This document shows positions 57,862 through 64,000 of a stretch of DNA of 64,000 nt, one piece after another. The notes under the pieces were generated by a model. That model was not told the DNA's origin. It searched no databases and worked only from the letters and a program-made list of their open reading frames with translations. Each line of letters opens with the position of its first letter. Position 1 is the stretch's first letter. Source of the DNA: Alphaproteobacteria bacterium (GTDB taxonomy: Bacteria; Pseudomonadota; Alphaproteobacteria; UBA828); NCBI GenBank assembly GCA_965220745.1, contig CBDCQT010000011.1:352001-416000 (forward strand). Reading direction: 5' to 3'. The position numbers and the translations under genes were made by a program.

Positions 57862-58707
57862 TCAACCGGTCCGGTCGGGTTCAAGACCGGCGTCGGGTGG
57901 GCCGTCCTCGACCGACGCCACCGCGATGGGGTGGTCGTGGCGGTGGGCGGGGTCGTGGGTGTAGACCGCGAGCGCGGCGGCTGCACCGGGGCCGAACAGC
58001 GAGATGTACTCGGGGTGCCGGCTCACCGCCTCGGGCTCGCCGGCGCAACAGACATGCCCGTTGATGCACACCACGCGGTCGGTCGCGCCCAACACCAAGT
58101 GGAGGTCGTGGGAGATGACCAGCACGCCGCAGCCGCGCCGATTCCGCAGGCGGGCGATCAATTGGTGCATGGCAAACTGGCCCGCGAAATCGACCTGCTG
58201 GATCGGCTCGTCCAGCACCAGCAGGTCGGGGTTACGAAGCAGCGCGCGGGCGAGCAGGACGCGCCTGAACTCGCCGCCGGAAACGTCGCTGAGCTGACGG
58301 TCGATCAGGGGCGCCGCTCCCACTTCGTCCAACACCGCGACGATATCGGCGCGGGCGCGCCGCCCCGCCATCGCGAGGAAGCGGCGTGCGGTAAGTGGCA
58401 GGAGCTCCTGCGGCTCGATCCGCTGAGGGACGTAGCCCACCACGACGCCGGGCGCGTGATGGACGACGCCCGCATCCGGCTTGATAAGGCCGAGCAGGGC
58501 GCGCACGGCCGTGGTTTTGCCGGCCCCATTCGGCCCGATCAGGCTCACCACCTCGCGGCGGCGGACCTCGATCGAGACCCGATCCAGCACCGTGCGCCCG
58601 CCGTAGCGCACGACCAGGTCGTGAGCCGAGGCGAGCGGCGCCCCTTCGGCGGTTTGCCGATGCGGGCGGGTCAGGGGGTCGGCGGAAGCGTCGCGCAGCG
58701 CGGACAT
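57862..58707 (-). CDS. znuC: Zinc ABC transporter ATP-binding protein
   Basis: GPNGAGKTT, GYVPQ, SGGEFRRVLLARA, HVCCAG, His-rich tail. Confidence 0.92.
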   Translation of the reverse strand: MSALRDASADPLTRPHRQTAEGAPLASAHDLVVRYGGRTVLDRVSIEVRRREVVSLIGPNGAGKTTAVRALLGLIKPDAGVVHHAPGVVVGYVPQRIEPQELLPLTARRFLAMAGRRARADIVAVLDEVGAAPLIDRQLSDVSGGEFRRVLLARALLRNPDLLVLDEPIQQVDFAGQFAMHQLIARLRNRRGCGVLVISHDLHLVLGATDRVVCINGHVCCAGEPEAVSRHPEYISLFGPGAAAALAVYTHDPAHRHDHPIAVASVEDGPPDAGLEPDRTG

Positions 58708-59177
58708 CTGCCGTGAAGCTCGATAATCGAGCGAGAGAGCGCAAAGCTGGAGTCTGCCGCCTGGTCGGCAACGGCACGGTCGATACTCGCCGCATTCAGC
58801 TCCGATACGTCGCCGCAGCCTCCGCATATGAGGAATTGTGCGCTGTGGCGGTGGTCGGGCTGCGGGCAGCCGACGAAGGCGTTGAGGCTGTCGATTCGAT
58901 GGACCAGACCCTGGGCCATCAGGAACTCGAGGGCGCGGTACACGGTCGGCGGCTTCGCCGCGCCCACCGCATCGCCGAGCGCCGCGAGCAGATCATAGGC
59001 CTTGACCGCCCGATGGCTGCTCCAGACCAGCTCCAGCACCCTGCGCCGCAACGGGGTGAGACGAACGCCGCGCTCTCGGCACACGTCATCGGCGCGGGCG
59101 AGCGCGTCCTCGATACAGGCCCGATGCTCGTGCCCGCCATCGTGGAAGGCCGGCTTGTCGCCCCGCGTGGTGTTCAT
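58671..59177 (-). CDS. zur: Fur-family zinc uptake regulator
   Basis: RLTPLRRRVL, KPPTVYRALEFL, FLICGGC, CPRC; upstream of znuCB. Confidence 0.9.
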   Translation of the reverse strand: MNTTRGDKPAFHDGGHEHRACIEDALARADDVCRERGVRLTPLRRRVLELVWSSHRAVKAYDLLAALGDAVGAAKPPTVYRALEFLMAQGLVHRIDSLNAFVGCPQPDHRHSAQFLICGGCGDVSELNAASIDRAVADQAADSSFALSRSIIELHGRCPRCATLPPTP

Positions 59178-59227
59178 TCCTACCTCGATCGCGCCGCCCG
59201 CGGCCGTGACGCGCGGGGTCGGCAGGG

Positions 59228-59242
59228 CGTTACACTATAGCA
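59228..59242 (-). promoter_or_regulatory. Candidate Zur box overlapping the -10 of the zur operon
   Basis: Minus strand TGCTATAGTGTAACG resembles TGTTAT-N3-ATAACA and contains TATAGT. Confidence 0.5.
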
Positions 59243-59287
59243 AAGCCGTTGCGGATTGTTCAGCGACCAAGGGCGTTGCGGACGCCG

Positions 59288-60226
59288 TCAGCGCGCCCAG
59301 ATCGAGACGGTGCTGAGATAGGTGCGATTGTCGCGGTCGAGCGGATAAAAGATCGTGCTGTCGCGCCCGAACCAGCGCTCATAGATCTCGTCGTAGCGGC
59401 TGTTCGCGTCCTTGACGCCGGAGAACATGTCGATGATGACCCGGTTGACCGTGTCGCGCCACGGGCTGTCGTCCTGCGGCAGAACGCAGGCCAGCGTTTC
59501 CATGGCAAGCGCAAAGGTGCGCGGCAGCAGGACCACGCTGCGACGCGGTTCCTGCTTGGCTGCTAGCCCCAGCAGAGTGATGCCGATATTGGCGACTCCG
59601 CTCACCTCGCCTGCCGCAAGCGCGGTCATGGCGTCCTTCATGGTGGGGAAGAGATGCAGGTTGGCCGTGGGTAGCTGATCCTGGACGATCGTCACTGTGG
59701 TGGTGCCCTCGACCACCCCGATATCGAGCATTCCGAGGTCCACGCCACCCATAGCCTTTTCCCGATAAATCAGGATGCGCGTGCCGTCGCGGAAGAACGG
59801 CACGGAAAAGTCGACCAGCGCTTCCCGATCCCAGGTAGGCGTCGTGATGCCGCACACGATGTCGAGCTCGCCAGCAGCGACCCGCTCAAGCCGGTCAGCG
59901 GGCGTTACCTCGTGCAGTTCCAGCGCAACGGTCCGCCCCACCTTCTTCTCTGCGGCGGCGCGAATGGCCTCCAGCAGGTCGACTGAGAAGCCCTCGAAAC
60001 TGCCTGTTTCCAGCTTCCGGGCGAAGGGCGGTGCGCTCGCCCTGGTACCGGCGCGAATGACGCCCTCGGCTTCGATCTTGGCGAGTACGCCATCGGCGGC
60101 GGCGTGCGCCGGCGGTGCGAGTTGCGGCACGGCCAACGTCAGGAGAGCAAGCACAAGGCCAACGTATCGAACGGGCGACCAAGGGCGAGGCCGAGCGAGA
60201 TATCGACGTTCACCGAAGCCGGTCAT
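59288..60226 (-). CDS. Polar amino acid ABC-type substrate-binding protein (orphan)
   Basis: GTRASAPPF, GFSVDL, DIVCGITTPTWDREALVDFS, GTTT. Start uncertain. Confidence 0.85.
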   Translation of the reverse strand: MTGFGERRYLARPRPWSPVRYVGLVLALLTLAVPQLAPPAHAAADGVLAKIEAEGVIRAGTRASAPPFARKLETGSFEGFSVDLLEAIRAAAEKKVGRTVALELHEVTPADRLERVAAGELDIVCGITTPTWDREALVDFSVPFFRDGTRILIYREKAMGGVDLGMLDIGVVEGTTTVTIVQDQLPTANLHLFPTMKDAMTALAAGEVSGVANIGITLLGLAAKQEPRRSVVLLPRTFALAMETLACVLPQDDSPWRDTVNRVIIDMFSGVKDANSRYDEIYERWFGRDSTIFYPLDRDNRTYLSTVSIWAR

Positions 60227-60687
60227 CACTACCCCCGAAGGTCTGTTGCCGCTCGCGAAGGTTCTTGGTGCACACACTGGTACCGCGTGCAGGGCGAGCA
60301 CTGGTAGAGCGACAGCAGAAACTGACTCCTCGCTGCTACTACGATACTCTATTTCGCGATTTAGCCATATCGGATAGGCTTTCGACTCGTTGCGGCAAGG
60401 GGGCACCGCGGCAACGGCCCGGAAGGCCATCGGCATGATCCGCCGATCTTTCCTCGGCCCGTCAAATCGAGTTGGCACGATGATTCACGCGACGATCATC
60501 GACATCCGACGCGCTGCAGCCAAGGCTTCTCGCCGGGCCTCCATGGTGAATACGGCTTCGGCGCGGACAAGTTGATGCGATCGCGCGCTCGAGTCTCTCG
60601 CTCTGACAGGGAGGTTGCCGAGGACGGCGGCCACTCCAACGACATTCCCATTCCCGAATCGGCAAATTCGCACCTGCGGGTTGGCGC

Positions 60688-62289
60688 ATGAGCCGGCGTC
60701 TTTCCAAGTGGTGGCTCCTTCTCGCGGTCTTGCTTACCGCCTGGGCAGGCCTGGCCGTTCCCGCGCTCGCCGACCGGCTGCAGGAAATTCAGGACCGCGG
60801 CCACGTGATCGTCGGCGTCAAGGAGGATTACGCGCCCTTCGGCTTCCGCGACGCAGAGGGAACGCTGGTTGGCTACGACGTGGACGTGGCGCGCGGCTTC
60901 GCAGAGGCCATCGGTGTCGACGTCGAGCTGGTGCCGGTGACCAGCGCCAATCGCCTGCAAAAGGTAGGGCGGGGCGAGATCGACATCGTCGCCGCCACCA
61001 TGGGGGATACCCGCAGCCGCCGCGAGCTGGTCACCATGATCGAGCCGCAATACTACGGCGATGGCGCCAACGTGCTGCTGCGGGATAGCGCCAAGATCGG
61101 CACCTGGGCCGACCTGCGCGGCCAGACCGTCTGCGGGCTTCAGGGCTCGCTCTGGAACCGGCTGGCCAAACAGCGGCTTCTGCTCGATGTGACGGCGTTC
61201 AACAGCACCCGCGAAGCCGCCCAGGCGTTGCGCAACGAGCATTGCGTCGGCTGGATCTACGACGAGGTCCTCCTTCTCCACGAGATCGAGACCGGCGATT
61301 GGGAGGGCTATTCCGTCTCCCTGCCGACGCGCTTCGTGCTGCCCTGGGCCGTCGCCATCGCCAAGGAGGAGGGCGGTGGATCGCTCGATCAGATGCTTGG
61401 CGACACGCTGGCGCAGTGGCATCGCGACGGATTCCTGCAATCGCTGGAAAAGAAGTGGGGCCTGCCGCCTTCTCCGTTCATCCGAGACGCGCGCACCACC
61501 TGGCAAGAGGTCGATGAGGCCGGCGAGCTGAAATGCCAGCGCAACGAGCAGGGTCAGTGGCCGCTGGAATGCCGCGAGGTCGCCCTCGTCACCGGCAGCG
61601 GTATCGGCGGCCTCTCCGGCTTCTCGCTGACCATCATGGAGGTGACGGGTCTCGACATCAGCATTCTGTACGACCCGCTCGACCGAGACGTATTCCTTTA
61701 TGGGCTGGCGCTGACGGCGCTTCTGTCAGTGATCACGGTGGTTGGCAGCATCGTCCTCGGCGTGCTGTTCGGCTGGCTGATGCACCGGCGAGTGCCAGGC
61801 GTGAGCCACTTCCTGCGGGGGTTCAGCGAGTTCATGCGCATGACGCCCCCGCTGCTCCAGCTCTACATCGTGTTTTTCGGCCTGGGCGGCGTCCTGCTGG
61901 CTCTCGGTTTCACCCTCGACGCCTTCCTTGTCGCCGCCGTGGTGCTGTCGCTCTACGCGGCGTCGAGCAATGCCATCGCGTTTTCGCTGGCGGCCGATGT
62001 TGCCGCTGCAGGCGGCCGCCGGCTCCGCCTTACGCCCAGGGATATTCAGCGGGGATTCGCGCTCTGCTACGCCGCAGTCATGGGCAACTCCGCCAACATC
62101 GTGAAAGCCACAGGGATGGCCAGTACCCTCGCGCTGCCCGAGCTCGTCCACGCCAGCACCTCCATCGTGGCCGAAAAGGGCAACGCCGACGTGATGATGA
62201 ATCTGCTTCTGATCTGTTACTTCGTTCTGGTCATCATCACGGTGCAGCTCTTCCGGCGTTTCGAGCGGGGCAAGGCCGTCACGCGATGA
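60688..62289 (+). CDS. Fused amino acid substrate-binding domain plus ABC permease
   Basis: Signal peptide, GVKEDYAPFGF binding domain, linker with two Cys, then permease RMTPPLLQL...IVKAT. Confidence 0.85.
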   Translation: MSRRLSKWWLLLAVLLTAWAGLAVPALADRLQEIQDRGHVIVGVKEDYAPFGFRDAEGTLVGYDVDVARGFAEAIGVDVELVPVTSANRLQKVGRGEIDIVAATMGDTRSRRELVTMIEPQYYGDGANVLLRDSAKIGTWADLRGQTVCGLQGSLWNRLAKQRLLLDVTAFNSTREAAQALRNEHCVGWIYDEVLLLHEIETGDWEGYSVSLPTRFVLPWAVAIAKEEGGGSLDQMLGDTLAQWHRDGFLQSLEKKWGLPPSPFIRDARTTWQEVDEAGELKCQRNEQGQWPLECREVALVTGSGIGGLSGFSLTIMEVTGLDISILYDPLDRDVFLYGLALTALLSVITVVGSIVLGVLFGWLMHRRVPGVSHFLRGFSEFMRMTPPLLQLYIVFFGLGGVLLALGFTLDAFLVAAVVLSLYAASSNAIAFSLAADVAAAGGRRLRLTPRDIQRGFALCYAAVMGNSANIVKATGMASTLALPELVHASTSIVAEKGNADVMMNLLLICYFVLVIITVQLFRRFERGKAVTR

Positions 62290-62963
62290 CCGCGCAGGAG
62301 ACCGTCGACGTCCTGTGGGCCTGGTCGCCTTACCTGGCGGAGGGATTTGGCTGGAACATCATTGTTTCCTTGGTTGCCATGGCCGTCGGTACCATCGTCG
62401 GCCTGGGGCTGGCACTGCTGCGGGGTGGCGCCCACTGGAGTGTGAGGCATAGCGGCAGCGCGGTGACGACGCTCGCGCGCAATGCGCCGACCTTCGTCAT
62501 GTTGTTCTATCTCGCCTACATCATCCCCACCGAGTTCACTCTCTTCGGCGCTGCCGTGACATTCCCGGCGTGGATCAAGGCGTCGCTCGCGTTGGGCATC
62601 GCCGTCGCCGGTTACGTGTCCGACAACGCACTTGCCGCCATACGGCATCTGCGCCGCCATGAGATCGCGGAGGCGCTGCTGTTCGTGCCGGCTTGGACCA
62701 GCTACTTTCTGATCATCGTCATGGCCTCCAGTACCGCCTCGGTAATCGGTGTGCCCGAGCTCGTACGCCGGGCGGATACGGTGATCGGCGCGGTCGACAA
62801 GGTGGGGCTCGCGCTCTGGGTCTATCTTTGGGCCATGATCTGGTTCCTCGGGTTTAGCCTGCTGCTGACCTTCGGCATGAACCGGCTGAGCGGCTATCTC
62901 AGGCGGCAGGCACACCGACCGGAGACGGAGACCACGGACCTCACTGGGAGTCCGCTGCCATGA
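62286..62963 (+). CDS. Amino acid ABC permease
   Basis: ARNAPTFVML, ASSTASVIGVPEL; ATGA overlap with the previous gene. Confidence 0.82.
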   Translation: MTAQETVDVLWAWSPYLAEGFGWNIIVSLVAMAVGTIVGLGLALLRGGAHWSVRHSGSAVTTLARNAPTFVMLFYLAYIIPTEFTLFGAAVTFPAWIKASLALGIAVAGYVSDNALAAIRHLRRHEIAEALLFVPAWTSYFLIIVMASSTASVIGVPELVRRADTVIGAVDKVGLALWVYLWAMIWFLGFSLLLTFGMNRLSGYLRRQAHRPETETTDLTGSPLP

Positions 62964-63018
62964 CGGCGTCCCCCGCCCGGCGTCGGCAGTCGCTGGGCAC
63001 CGTTGCCGACCGCTCCCC

Positions 63019-64000
63019 GTGACCCTTTCCAGACGACTGATCATCACGGTCGCCGCGTCCGTCGGCGTCGCGATCATCGGCGTCGCGCTGGCGATGGGCT
63101 TGCTCGCGCGCGATGCCTTGATCGAGCAGGCCGAAGATCAGGCGCGGCTCGTCGCCGGGCTGATCGCGAGCGAAGCCAACCGTGCGGAGCACACCGCCGA
63201 CGAGATCGACCGAATGATCGTCGGGCAGATGGAAGCGCAGGCGCTGGCCATCGCGCGCCATCTCGACAACCGCGCGCATGGGACAGAGGACGAGGACGCC
63301 CTCGGCATCTATTTCGCAAAGCTGACGGCGGACAGCGTTGTTGATGATGTCTGGCTGCTGGACGAGGCCGGTACGCCGCTGCTGCGCGCGGTCGAAGGCC
63401 TGAGCCAGAGCGATGCGCCGGATCTGGCGTCCGCCGGGATCGATCCCCGTGTCGTGGAGGCCTTAGTCTCGGGGCGGCGTTTTTCCGTCGCCTTCCAGTC
63501 GATGCCGCCGAAGGGGTTGGAAAAGCCTATCAGGTACGTCGGCGTTCGCGCAGGCACTCGCGAATCCGTGCTGGTCGGGACGCTGGCGGCCGACACCGGC
63601 GGTCCCGGTGAGGTCATCGGCATCGACGCGGCTCTGGATTCGCTGGCTGGGCGGGAGGCCGTCCAGGCGATCTGGGTGGTCAACGACTTGCTTCACCTCA
63701 TCGGCATGGCCACCTTCGGGGGCAGAGACGTCTCCGAAGCCGAGGCGGCGTTGTCGGCGGAGGACCAGGACCTTGCCACCCGCGCTCTCGGCATCGACGG
63801 CGCCGTCTCGTATCTCGGCGAGCATGCCCTCCATGTGGCGGCGCCAATCCTCGATCGCGGCGGGGTCGCCACGGGCGCCGCCGTAATCCACATGCAACGA
63901 GACCATCTGGATCAGCTGTTCGCGGATCACATCAAGTACGGATTGATCGTGGCTGCGGCAGCCTTCGCCATCGGCTCGCTCATCGCGGCGTTCTCCGCGC
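63019..64000 (+). CDS. Membrane sensor protein (TM, large periplasmic Cache-like region, TM), runs off the window
   Basis: Manual translation from GTG 63019 is open to the edge: MTLSRRLIITVAASVGVAIIGVALAMGLL...DVWLLDEAG...AIWVVND...VAAPILDRGGVATGAAVIH...GLIVAAAAFAIGSLIAAFSA. Confidence 0.75.
   Translation, partial: MTLSRRLIITVAASVGVAIIGVALAMGLLARDALIEQAEDQARLVAGLIASEANRAEHTADEIDRMIVGQMEAQALAIARHLDNRAHGTEDEDALGIYFAKLTADSVVDDVWLLDEAGTPLLRAVEGLSQSDAPDLASAGIDPRVVEALVSGRRFSVAFQSMPPKGLEKPIRYVGVRAGTRESVLVGTLAADTGGPGEVIGIDAALDSLAGREAVQAIWVVNDLLHLIGMATFGGRDVSEAEAALSAEDQDLATRALGIDGAVSYLGEHALHVAAPILDRGGVATGAAVIHMQRDHLDQLFADHIKYGLIVAAAAFAIGSLIAAFSA

Noticed and set aside
60473-60490. TGGCAC sigma54-like -24 element
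   Set aside because: The -12 position reads TTCA rather than TTGC.

Overview
High-GC chromosomal window from an alphaproteobacterium, probably Rhodospirillales-like. The assignment rests on a GAAC-N7-GAAC SOS box at lexA and the lexA-comEC-gltX gene order. No rRNA, tRNA, CRISPR array, transposase or integrase was recognised. The left half is mostly small-molecule uptake and catabolism: a homocysteine methyltransferase with a desaturase, tupABC, a polyamine-type ABC system, an ehu-type ABC system, a Rieske oxygenase, a glutamine-synthetase-like ligase and hydantoinase/oxoprolinase A/B. The right half is mostly housekeeping: uvrD, hldE, prpE, rsmD, nth, lexA, comEC, gltX, hisI and zur-znuC-znuB. 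Main points of interest: (1) two families of dispersed non-coding elements, one pairing a 71-bp conserved core with 10-bp-phased arrays and one a multi-hairpin element with compensatory changes that starts at stop codons; (2) a barbiturase-clade enzyme paired with a deaminase directly behind gltX; (3) a candidate catabolic cluster for methylated amines or osmolytes; (4) two tiny ORFs bridging operon junctions; (5) an amino-acid ABC-like module without an ATPase, followed by a membrane sensor. All calls come from reading motifs by eye; no database search was run.
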